64,000 bases of DNA. Source: Limisphaerales bacterium (GTDB lineage Bacteria > Verrucomicrobiota > Verrucomicrobiia > Limisphaerales > UBA11358). Below the pieces are notes generated by a model. It was not told the origin of the DNA and did not search any database. It saw only the letters and a list, made by a program, of their open reading frames with translations. The position numbers and the translations under genes were made by a program. The DNA is taken from contig PMOA01000155.1 of the NCBI GenBank assembly GCA_003161635.1, positions 23,768 to 87,767 of the forward strand, in the 5' to 3' direction. The first letter of the stretch is position 1; each line of letters starts with the position of its first letter. This document shows, in pieces, positions 1 to 8,133 of the stretch.

Positions 1-99
1 CCGTGAACGAAACCACTCAAACAAATCCGGAGGGACGAGCTATGCGAGTCCCTGACATCAGAGGCCTTGCGTAACTCGGCCCTCCGAAAATTTGTGCAA

Positions 100-1566
100 A
101 TGAACAAAATTTCCAAGAAAAGCAATTCAGGGGAGGTTGACGCTTCTTTGCGCGTGCCGTTGCTCGCGTTGTTTGGCGGGGCAGCGTTCTGGCTGGTTGT
201 CAGTTCGGTGCTCGCCATGATTGCCTCGATTAAATTTCATGCGCCCGATTTTCTCGCCAATTGCCCGTGGCTGACTTATGGCCGGGTTCAACCGGCTGCC
301 GACGACGCGCTGCTTTACGGCTTCTGCATTCCCGCCGGACTGGGTGTTGCGCTGTGGCTGTTCGCACAACTCGGCCGGGCACCGCTGCGCGGCGCAATCG
401 TGCCGGTCGTCGCGGCAAAACTCTGGCATCTTGGTGTGCTCGTCGGTCTGACTGGCATTTTGTCCGGCAACAGCACCGGCTTTGCGTGGCTTGAATTTCC
501 GCGCGCCGGTTCGATCATTTTGTTGTTCGCTTATTTGCTGCTGGCGTTGTGGGCGATGATGAATTTTGCCGCCCGCCGCGAACGCGCGCTGTTCCCGTCG
601 CACTGGTTTTTGGTCGCCGCGCTGTTCTGGTTTCCGTGGATTTACTCGACCGCCAATTTGTTTCTGGTCGCCTGGCCGGTGCGCGGTGTGGTCCAAGCCA
701 TCATCGGCTGGTGGTTCGCCGGCAATTTGCTCTTCGTCTGGCTCGCGCTGGTCGGCATCGGCACGGCGTTTTATTTCCTGCCAAAATTCAGCGGACGCCC
801 GCTGCAAAGTTATTATCTCGCGCTGTTCGCGTTTTGGACGCTGATTCTTTTCGGGACCTGGTGCGGCATTCCGCCGGGCGCGCCGGTGCCGGCCTGGATG
901 CCGGTGCTCAGTTCCTTCGCCGCCGTGCTGACCGTTGTGCCCGTGCTCGCCGTTGCCGCCATTGCGTGGCAAACCCTTTGCGGCTCGACCAACTGCGAAC
1001 CGAAGGGCGGGCCGTTTTGTTTCATCCGATTCGGCCTCATGTCCTTCGTTCTCTCGTCGCTGATGCTCATCGCGATGGCGTGCCCGCGAATCAGCCAGGT
1101 GACGGAATTCACCTGGTTCGGCCCGGCGCAGACCCAACTGCAACTCTACGGCTTCTTCGCCATGACGATGTTCGGTGCGATTTATTATTTGTTGCCACGC
1201 GCCGTCGGGTTTGAACTTCCGTTCCCGAAACTTGCACGCCTGCAATTCTGGCTTTCGATGTTTGGCGTATTGCTGTTCATCGTCCCGCTGGCCATCGGCG
1301 GGGTGGAGCAGGGGATGAAACTGAACAATCCCAACATCGCCTTCATGGATGCGACGAAGGCGATGTTGCCATTCCTGCGCACCAGCACCATCGGCCTGCT
1401 GTTGATTCTGTTGGGCAATTCGCTGTTCGCCCTGAACATTTTTGCGATGACGTTCGTTTGGGAAAAGTCGCTGGTTAAAAAAGCGTTTACCGTCGTGACT
1501 GCGCCGCTGGAGAAGCCGTCCGCCTCCGCTTCGCTACGGCGCGACCAAGGGGAGGTGAAGGTGTGA
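100..1566 (+). CDS. Heme-copper oxidase subunit I-like (CcoN, cbb3-type fold) polytopic membrane protein lacking the canonical heme/CuB histidine ligands
   Basis: ORF 67..1566 (TTG at 67, first ATG at 100). These blocks align to CcoN: CPWLTYGRVQPAADDALLYGF, FAWLEFP, GWWFAGNLL..GTAFYFLPKFSGRPLQSYYLALFAFW and LQLYGFFAMTMFGAIYYLLPR. The whole protein has only 3 His (KFHAP, LWHLG, PSHWF), none at a ligand position. It overlaps the next gene by 4 nt. Confidence 0.8.
   Translation: MNKISKKSNSGEVDASLRVPLLALFGGAAFWLVVSSVLAMIASIKFHAPDFLANCPWLTYGRVQPAADDALLYGFCIPAGLGVALWLFAQLGRAPLRGAIVPVVAAKLWHLGVLVGLTGILSGNSTGFAWLEFPRAGSIILLFAYLLLALWAMMNFAARRERALFPSHWFLVAALFWFPWIYSTANLFLVAWPVRGVVQAIIGWWFAGNLLFVWLALVGIGTAFYFLPKFSGRPLQSYYLALFAFWTLILFGTWCGIPPGAPVPAWMPVLSSFAAVLTVVPVLAVAAIAWQTLCGSTNCEPKGGPFCFIRFGLMSFVLSSLMLIAMACPRISQVTEFTWFGPAQTQLQLYGFFAMTMFGAIYYLLPRAVGFELPFPKLARLQFWLSMFGVLLFIVPLAIGGVEQGMKLNNPNIAFMDATKAMLPFLRTSTIGLLLILLGNSLFALNIFAMTFVWEKSLVKKAFTVVTAPLEKPSASASLRRDQGEVKV
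1515..1552. repeat. Family H short element (GCCGTC..TCCGCTTCGC..GCGC..CCAAGGGG) forming the C-terminal tail of the CcoN-like ORF
   Basis: Compare 19061..19093 (gccgtcttcgctccgcttcgccgcgccaagagg). Related pieces occur at 3441..3490 and 17069..17107. Confidence 0.6.
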
Positions 1567-2390
1567 AAAACGGCGCGCTGATTTTTCTCGCGGTGTTCGT
1601 CGCCCTGGGCGGTTCCTGGTGTGGCTTCGTGCTCGCGCCGGAATTGCAGTTGGGCGGCGCAAAACAGACGACCATTCTCAATTCATCCGATGTTTATCCG
1701 GTTGGACGCCCCGGCGAAGCAACACAGGGCTCGTCGGTTTATCGCGCCAACGGCTGCGCCGTCTGTCACACCGAACAGGTCCGGCAGACCGGTATCACGT
1801 GCGAAGTGGTGCTGACGGACGCCGGGAAAACACCGGCAGCGGTGACCAAAGTTTGTGTAGATATTGGGGTGAACATGACTGACAGAACATGGCCGCTACC
1901 ACTACCAAAAACCATTTTGACCGGCCTTACCAAGGAAGAAGCCGATGCCGCGTCCGGCAAAATTACCACCGCCGGCGGCAAGGTGGAAATTCACATTGCT
2001 GCGACCGGGCCGGACATCGCGCGCGGGTGGGGGATGCGCCAGAGCGTGGCCGAGGATTATCTCTACGACCAACCGGTGCAGCTCGGCAGCCTTCGCGCCG
2101 GGCCGGATTTGGCGAATGCCGGCGCACGCGCGGACGCGAACTGGCAGTTGCTTCACCTTTACGCACCAAAGAGCGTGATGAAAGGTTCGACCATGCCGCC
2201 GTTCCGTTACCTGTTTGAAGTTCGCAAAATCGGACGCGAACCCTCGCCGGACGCGCTGAAGTTGCCGCCGGAATTTGCCCCGCACGCCGGTTATGAAGTC
2301 GTGCCAACGCCGGAAGCTATGGAACTTGCGGCGTATTTGTCGAGCCTGCGCGCCACCGCGCCATTGTATAGCGCGCCCATCGCGCCATAG
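1563..2390 (+). CDS. Monoheme cytochrome c, CcoO/FixO-like subunit carrying a ~75-80 aa insertion
   Basis: N-terminal TM anchor and a CAVCH heme-c motif (nt ~1755-1769). The CcoO-like block LRAGPDLANAG..NWQLLHLYAPKSVMKGSTMPPFRYLF keeps the Met expected as distal ligand. The GTG start overlaps the upstream stop (GTGA). Confidence 0.75.
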   Translation: MKNGALIFLAVFVALGGSWCGFVLAPELQLGGAKQTTILNSSDVYPVGRPGEATQGSSVYRANGCAVCHTEQVRQTGITCEVVLTDAGKTPAAVTKVCVDIGVNMTDRTWPLPLPKTILTGLTKEEADAASGKITTAGGKVEIHIAATGPDIARGWGMRQSVAEDYLYDQPVQLGSLRAGPDLANAGARADANWQLLHLYAPKSVMKGSTMPPFRYLFEVRKIGREPSPDALKLPPEFAPHAGYEVVPTPEAMELAAYLSSLRATAPLYSAPIAP

Positions 2391-2450
2391 GCCCATGAGT
2401 GTTGAATGATTTAACAGGAGGTAACTGAGGGCACGGAGTGGGGAAAAAGC

Positions 2451-2495
2451 GAACCCTGAACCCTGAACCTTGAACCTTGAACCTTGAACCTTGAA
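2451..2495. repeat. Heptamer tandem array (GAACCCT)x2(GAACCTT)x4
   Basis: Read directly from the sequence. It is flanked by an imperfect inverted repeat: acaggaggtaactgagggcacggag (~2421-2446) and ctctgtttcctctgtttgctcctgt (~2524-2550). Confidence 0.85.
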
Positions 2496-2659
2496 AAAAG
2501 ACAGGCAGGAAACCTGTGCTACCTCTGTTTCCTCTGTTTGCTCCTGTAAATTCCATGAACGCACTTCTTCTTTCTGCTTTCCTTGCCGTGCCGAAATCAG
2601 ATGAAGGCGGGTGAATTCTGCCTTCCAAATTCCATTTTTTCCCTCATCGTGAGCCATAC

Positions 2660-3163
2660 ATGAAACCGCTGGAACCACCGGACAGCCATTATCTGTCAGC
2701 CGCCATCGGCTGGCTGGGATTGGGCAATGTCGCTGAGGCCAGCGCGGAACTGGAAAAAATCGCGCCGCAATTCCAGTCCCATCCGGACGTGCTCGCCGTC
2801 CAATTCGACATTCACGCCAGCGCCGGGAAATGGGATGCGGCGGCGGAAATTGCCGGGGCGCTCACCCGACTGGAACCGGGGCAACCGGGCACATGGATTT
2901 CGCTGGCGTATGCGACCCGGCGGAAAACCGGCGGAGGAATTTCCCGGGCCCGGGCGATTCTGATTCAAGCCCAGCAGACCTTTCCCAAGGAACAAATCAT
3001 CGCCTACAACCTGGCGTGTTATGACTGTCAGTTGGATGATTTGGACGCGGCCAAAGCCTGGCTGGATAAAGCCCGTACGCTGGGCGATGCCCACAAAATC
3101 AAACACATGGCCCTGCAAGATCCGGACCTGGAACCGCTGTGGCCGGACCTTCGCGGGACCTGA
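2660..3163 (+). CDS. TPR-like repeat protein
   Basis: 167-aa ORF that looks helical and Ala/Leu-rich, with TPR-like periodicity (AYNLACYDCQLDDLDAAKAWLDKA). No closer family recognised. Confidence 0.55.
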   Translation: MKPLEPPDSHYLSAAIGWLGLGNVAEASAELEKIAPQFQSHPDVLAVQFDIHASAGKWDAAAEIAGALTRLEPGQPGTWISLAYATRRKTGGGISRARAILIQAQQTFPKEQIIAYNLACYDCQLDDLDAAKAWLDKARTLGDAHKIKHMALQDPDLEPLWPDLRGT

Positions 3164-3504
3164 CTAGTCGCAAAGTTGAAAGTTGGCGACCCAAATCTCA
3201 AAACGATTGCAGGCGTTTCAATCACACCATCCAGCGAAAAGTCAACGGCAGGAGAGAAATGTGTCAAAGAGTGTTCTTACGGTTCAAGCAAGGGTTCCAA
3301 AACCGACTCCGCTTCAGATTTTTCGATAAACGCCAATCCTTTGTTCCCGATGCCCAATAGCCGATTCCTCGCCCAGCGCTGTCACTGGTGAACGTAAACG
3401 GATCGGTTATTATGATTGGCTGGTTTGGTCGAGACGTCCAACTTCGCCGAGGCTTCCGCCTTCGCCAGCGCTATGGTGCCCGCACTTCATATGGCAACGC
3501 CGTT

Positions 3505-5811
3505 TTATCTCCCGCGCCGACGCCCCCGGGCCGGCCGTCCCGGCGTTCCGCGCGGAGGCGGGTTCCAGCGTCCGGCCGGCGGCCGCGTAAAGCTTCCAAC
3601 TTCGTCCTGCGTTGCGGGACTTCCGCCTTCGCGATGCTTCAGCGCGACAGGTCGATGGACAGGTCGCCACGCGGCAGGCCGCGCAACCGGTTTGCGGTCT
3701 TCCACCAGACGAAAATCCACCTGCTTTTTGAAGCTGTCCACCTTGGCCACTCGCACAGTCAACTTATCGCCCAGACGGATCGTGCGGCGGGTGCGGCGGC
3801 CCGTGAGATTATTGCGCGCGGCGTCGAATACGTAGAAGTCATCCTCGATCGTGGACAACGGCACCAATCCGCTCATCGCCAGCCCGGACACATCCACGAA
3901 GAAGCCGAAGTTGCGCACGTCGGTCACCAGCGCGGGATAATGCTCCGGCTGGCCGGATGCGAGTTGCGCCTTCAGGAACGCGAACAGCTTCACGTCCTTG
4001 CTGTCGCGCTCGGCGTCGGCGGAGTTGCGTTCGGTGACGGAAATGTGTTCGGCGGTTTCCTTGAGCGCGGACACCGGCGCGTGGCTTTTCTCGAAGAGCG
4101 CCCGATGCACCACGAGGTCGGCGTAGCGGCGGATGGGGGAGGTGAAGTGCGTGTATTTCGCTTTGGCCAGGCCGTAATGCCCGAGCGGCTCGACGGCGTA
4201 ACGCGCGCGCATGAGCGATTTGAGAAAGCCGATCTTGAGCGCGGGGCCGATGGGCAGGGCGTTGAGCCGGTGCAACAACTTCTGCACCTCAGCGGGCTGG
4301 CCCAGGTTGCCGCACGGCACGTTCTGACTCAAAACCTCCTGGCGATATTCCTGCAAACGCCGCTCGTCCGGCACTTCGTGGACGCGATAAACCGCCGGCG
4401 TGCGCTGGCTCATCAACCGCTCCGCCACCGCCTCGTTCGCCAGCAACATGCATTCCTCGATCAACTGGTGCGACACGTCGTTCACGGTCTTCTCGATTCG
4501 CAAAATGCACCCGCGTTCATCCAGCCGGATTTTGGTTTCGGGAAAATCGAGGTCGAGCGAACCGGCCTTGAAACGCAATCGCCGGATGCGTTGGGCGAGT
4601 TCATGCGCCTGATGTAACATCTGTTCAACGGGATCGGACGCGGGTTTGCGCTGAAGAATCTTCAGCACTTCGCCGTAGGTGAAGCGCCGTTGCGAATGGA
4701 TCACGGCGGAATAAAACTTCGCGTTCAACACCCGCCCGTCATTCGACACGAGAAATTCAACGCATTTGGTCAGGCGATCCACGTCCGGCTTGAGCGAGCA
4801 CAGTTCGTTGCTCAACGCCTCCGGCAGCATCGGGATGACGCGGTCCACGAGATAGGTCGAGTTGCCGCGTTTGCGCGCCTCCGCGTCCAGCGCCGTGCCG
4901 GGCTTCACGTAATGCGACACGTCCGCAATGTGGACCCACAGCCGCCATTGTTCCGTCGAAACGCGCTCCAGACAGATGGCATCGTCGAAATCTTTTGCGT
5001 CGTCGGGATCAATCGTGACGACCCGGTGACGGCGGCAATCCACGCGACCCGCCCCGTCGCGCGCGTGAATCGTCGTGCCGATGGCGTGCGCCTCGTGCAG
5101 GACGGCTTTGGGAAAATGCAGCGGCAAATCGTATTGGCGCAGCACCGAGAGCATGTCCACGCCTTCCTCACCCGGCGCACCGAGGACTTCGACGATCTCG
5201 CCTTCCGGATTCGTGTGGCGCGATTCCCATTCGCGCAACTCGACCACCACCTTGTCGCCAATGCGCGCGGGCCGGCCCAGGTCGCGCGGCTCCGGCACAT
5301 AAATATCGTGCGGGATGCGCGGATCATCGGGAATGACGTAGAGAAACCGCCGTCCCCGTTGCAGCGTGCCGACCATCTGCGTGCGCCGTCGTTCCAAAAT
5401 GCGGACCACCGCGCCCGTGTCCGGCTCGGCGGCGCCGGAGCGCAATCCCTTTGGCCGGACATCGCGTCGCACCAGCACGCGATCTTCGTGCAAGGCCGTG
5501 CCGGTCGCGCCCTCCGGGATGGCAATTTCCTTGAGGCCGGCATCGTCCGGCTGGAGAAAGCCCTTGCCCTGGCGGTTCATCCGGATCCGGCCCGGAATCA
5601 AATCCGCCTCGCGCGGCTGGATGTAACGGTTGCCCTTGATGCGCGCGACGCGGCCCGTCTGCTCCAGTTCGCGGAGCGCGCCCTGCAACACCTGCTGACG
5701 GTTGGGCGGCAGCCGAAGCAGCCGGAGCAGCTCCGGCACATTGGCCGGGACGTAATCTTTTTGGTCCAACAGACGGACGATCTGGTCTTTCATGATTTGG
5801 AATTCCGGCAT
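3505..5811 (-). CDS. rnr: Ribonuclease R (3'-5' exoribonuclease, RNB family)
   Basis: 768 aa. RNB-domain motifs VTIDPDDAKDFDDAI and YLVDRVIPMLPE are present. The C-terminus has an S1-like region (GFFVDV) and an Arg/Pro-rich basic tail. Confidence 0.9.
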   Translation of the reverse strand: MPEFQIMKDQIVRLLDQKDYVPANVPELLRLLRLPPNRQQVLQGALRELEQTGRVARIKGNRYIQPREADLIPGRIRMNRQGKGFLQPDDAGLKEIAIPEGATGTALHEDRVLVRRDVRPKGLRSGAAEPDTGAVVRILERRRTQMVGTLQRGRRFLYVIPDDPRIPHDIYVPEPRDLGRPARIGDKVVVELREWESRHTNPEGEIVEVLGAPGEEGVDMLSVLRQYDLPLHFPKAVLHEAHAIGTTIHARDGAGRVDCRRHRVVTIDPDDAKDFDDAICLERVSTEQWRLWVHIADVSHYVKPGTALDAEARKRGNSTYLVDRVIPMLPEALSNELCSLKPDVDRLTKCVEFLVSNDGRVLNAKFYSAVIHSQRRFTYGEVLKILQRKPASDPVEQMLHQAHELAQRIRRLRFKAGSLDLDFPETKIRLDERGCILRIEKTVNDVSHQLIEECMLLANEAVAERLMSQRTPAVYRVHEVPDERRLQEYRQEVLSQNVPCGNLGQPAEVQKLLHRLNALPIGPALKIGFLKSLMRARYAVEPLGHYGLAKAKYTHFTSPIRRYADLVVHRALFEKSHAPVSALKETAEHISVTERNSADAERDSKDVKLFAFLKAQLASGQPEHYPALVTDVRNFGFFVDVSGLAMSGLVPLSTIEDDFYVFDAARNNLTGRRTRRTIRLGDKLTVRVAKVDSFKKQVDFRLVEDRKPVARPAAWRPVHRPVALKHREGGSPATQDEVGSFTRPPAGRWNPPPRGTPGRPARGRRRGR

Positions 5812-5931
5812 GGGCGATTGAACTGTGGCACGCGCGCCGATTTACCCGCGCCGAAGTCCGTCAACAGTATGGCGAATTGCGAGGCCTTGACCAGCCCCAC
5901 CTTTGCCCGGCGGCGACAAAGTTTCGCTGAT

Positions 5932-5954
5932 GGTTGAGAGTTGAAGGTTGAGTG
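5932..5954. repeat. Heptamer array GTTGAGA GTTGAAG GTTGAGT
   Basis: Read directly; lies in the queG-rnr intergenic region. Confidence 0.7.
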
Positions 5955-6032
5955 AATAATCCGTGAAATCCGCGTCAGTAATTCCGGACCTTTGCACCTT
6001 TGCGCTGAAACCGGTTGAAGGTGGAATTTGTT

Positions 6033-6066
6033 AACAAAACTTTGTCCCACGTGGGACAAAGTTTTG
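6033..6066. terminator. Perfect 34-bp palindrome downstream of queG (hairpin/terminator or operator)
   Basis: acaaaactttgtccca-cg-tgggacaaagttttgt with a CACGTG core. No clear T-tract follows it. Confidence 0.4.
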
Positions 6067-6084
6067 TCAGGGTGGATTAACCTT

Positions 6085-7173
6085 TTAAAGGGGCTTCCCC
6101 GGGGACGAAATCCGCTCGATTGCCCAGCGGGCGTGTTCGGCAATCAGCGGTTCGGAATCTTTGGCAGCCTGGCTCAAAGCGGGCAGGGCGGAGATATCGC
6201 CGGTGTTGCCCAACGCCACGCAAACATTTCGCAGCAAGCCGCGACGTTTCATCCTCAATATCGGCGTGCCGGCGAAGCGCGACTTGAAACCGGCCTCGTC
6301 CAGTTGCAGCAATTCAACCAGGTCCGGCGCGGCCAGGTCCGGCCGCGCATGTTTCTTCATCATTTGCCCTTCACGCGCGAAGCGATTCCACGGACACGCC
6401 GCCAGGCAATCATCACAGCCGAAAATGCGATGGCCGATGGCCGGACGCAGTTCAACCGGGATCGGCCCTTTTAACTCGATGGTGAGGTAGGATATGCAGA
6501 GCCGGGCGTCGAGTTGGAACGGCGCGGTGATGGCAGCGGTCGGACATGCGTCAATGCAGCGCGTGCAGTTGCCACAATGATTTTTCTCCGGCATGTCCGG
6601 TTCCAGTTCGAGTGTGGTGACAATCTCCGCCAGCAGGATCCAGTTGCCGAAGCGCCGGCTGATGACATTGGTGTGTTTGCCGATGAAACCAATTCCGGCG
6701 CGCTGAGCAAAGTCACGTTCCAGCAACGGCCCGGTATCCACATACCAAAGCGAATGCATTTCCGCGCCACCAAGTTGATTCACGAACTGTGTTAACTGCT
6801 TCAATCGTCCGCCGAGCAGCTCGTGATAATCGTCAAAGCGGGCGTAGCGGGCAATTAAGGCAGTCGAGGGTCGAGGGTCGAGGGTCGAGGGATGGGCATC
6901 GTCGCGTTGAGTGAAATCTCTGGCTCTCGACTCTCGTCTCTCGACTCTCGTCCCATAATTTGCCGCCAACATGATGATGCTTCTCGCACCGGGCAGGACT
7001 TTCTGAGGGTCAATCCGCTTCGACGCGTTGCGTTCAATCCAGGCCATCTCGCCGTGCTGCTTTCCGGCCACCCAGTTTTGGAATCGTTCCGCACTGGTGG
7101 GCGCAGCGGCGGTGGTGAACCGGCAATCGTCAAATCCCAATTCCAGCGCCCGCTGTCGGATCTTTTCTTTCAT
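6085..7173 (-). CDS. queG: Epoxyqueuosine reductase QueG, with an in-frame repeat-derived insertion
   Basis: Two 4Fe-4S ferredoxin motifs (CGNCTRCIDACPT, CDDCLAACPWN) and a C-terminal HEAT-like tail. Length (362 aa) is typical. The segment RRESRARDFTQRDDAHPSTLDPRPST is encoded by the repeat at 6864..6954. Confidence 0.85.
   Translation of the reverse strand: MKEKIRQRALELGFDDCRFTTAAAPTSAERFQNWVAGKQHGEMAWIERNASKRIDPQKVLPGARSIIMLAANYGTRVERRESRARDFTQRDDAHPSTLDPRPSTALIARYARFDDYHELLGGRLKQLTQFVNQLGGAEMHSLWYVDTGPLLERDFAQRAGIGFIGKHTNVISRRFGNWILLAEIVTTLELEPDMPEKNHCGNCTRCIDACPTAAITAPFQLDARLCISYLTIELKGPIPVELRPAIGHRIFGCDDCLAACPWNRFAREGQMMKKHARPDLAAPDLVELLQLDEAGFKSRFAGTPILRMKRRGLLRNVCVALGNTGDISALPALSQAAKDSEPLIAEHARWAIERISSPGKPL
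6864..6954. repeat. Cargo-less heptamer-arm hairpin element inside queG
   Basis: (TCGAGGG)x4 at 6864..6891, a 32-nt spacer, then ctctcgactctcgtctctcgactctcgtccc at 6924..6954. The arms pair with G:T wobbles on the + strand. Confidence 0.8.
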
Positions 7174-7202
7174 GGCGTTGTCTCAAACTAACCAAATTAA
7201 AA

Positions 7203-7314
7203 TTTGGACTGCGGCGGCAAGCGAAGCGCGACGCCGCTTTGGATCAGGCCAGCCACACTGGTTGTCCGCACAAAAGCGCTGTCGCCGCTGCGCTCTGCCA
7301 GCGCAGTCCAAAAG
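7203..7314. repeat. Family I nested palindrome (tttggactgcggcggca ... tgccagcgcagtccaaaa)
   Basis: Read directly in the aroK-queG spacer. Confidence 0.7.
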
Positions 7315-7378
7315 CTGCCGCCAGTTTTACGCGGCTTCTTCTCCGAGCATTTGATTTTGAAAACACGACCTGGCATTT

Positions 7379-7918
7379 TCATCGCCGACGGGAGGCTTCG
7401 AGTCGAAATTGATGCACCACCTGCTGCGCCACTTCGCGGACGGAGCGCAGCTCGGTGTTCAACAGCACATCGGCCTGGCGGTAAAACGGTTCGCGCGCGG
7501 CGAGCAGTTCGCGGATTTTTTTCTGCGGATCGGCATCGTGCAGCAAAGGCCGGTGCGTCTGGTTCTTCACACGTTCCCAGATTTTTTCCGGCGACGCCCA
7601 CAGGCAAACGACCAGCGCGTGCGTCTTAAGACTCACAAGATTTTGTGGATTCATCGGCAAACCGCCGCCGGTGGCAATGACTGTTTTTGTCCGCGCGGCG
7701 AGTTCTCCCACGAGTTCCTGTTCCATTTTGCGAAAAGCCGCCTCGCCATCGGTCGAAAAAATTTCCACGATGGGCCGGCCCGTGCGCGATTGAATGAGTT
7801 CGTCCGTGTCGAGATAATCGAAATGCAACTGCTCGGCGACGAGCCGGCCAACGGACGTCTTGCCCGCTCCCATGAAACCGATGAGCGCGAGATTGACGAT
7901 GAGGCGGTCGCTATGCAC
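7379..7918 (-). CDS. aroK: Shikimate kinase
   Basis: P-loop GFMGAGKTSVG followed by DTD and GGG motifs; 179 aa. Confidence 0.85.
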   Translation of the reverse strand: MHSDRLIVNLALIGFMGAGKTSVGRLVAEQLHFDYLDTDELIQSRTGRPIVEIFSTDGEAAFRKMEQELVGELAARTKTVIATGGGLPMNPQNLVSLKTHALVVCLWASPEKIWERVKNQTHRPLLHDADPQKKIRELLAAREPFYRQADVLLNTELRSVREVAQQVVHQFRLEASRRR

Positions 7919-8133
7919 AGCAACGGATTATCGGATTTTCAAGCGGGGCGCACGCCTCAAATTGCAACTGTAGCGTCGCGTGTCCTCACGCGACAGTCTG
8001 GAGTCCCGCGTTTACGCGGTTCGGGCAGGCGGTGCCGCCAGGGGAGCAGCCTGAAGGCTGGACACCAAACGGTGATACCCCGCTGTGAACTTTGGTTGAA
8101 GAATCGGAGACGAAGCCGGCCTGCTGAATTTAG

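Noticed and set aside
3170-3400. Possible minus-strand gene fragment (..LGIGNKGLAFIEKSEAESVLEPLLEP) in the TPR-rnr gap
   Set aside because: Only ~26 codons are open, there is no ATG and no recognisable family. It cannot be supported from sequence alone.
6864-6891. Heptamer and palindromic arrays as possible CRISPR arrays
   Set aside because: The units are 7 nt with no spacers. The palindromic families occur as single or double copies without regular repeat-spacer periodicity. No cas genes are present.
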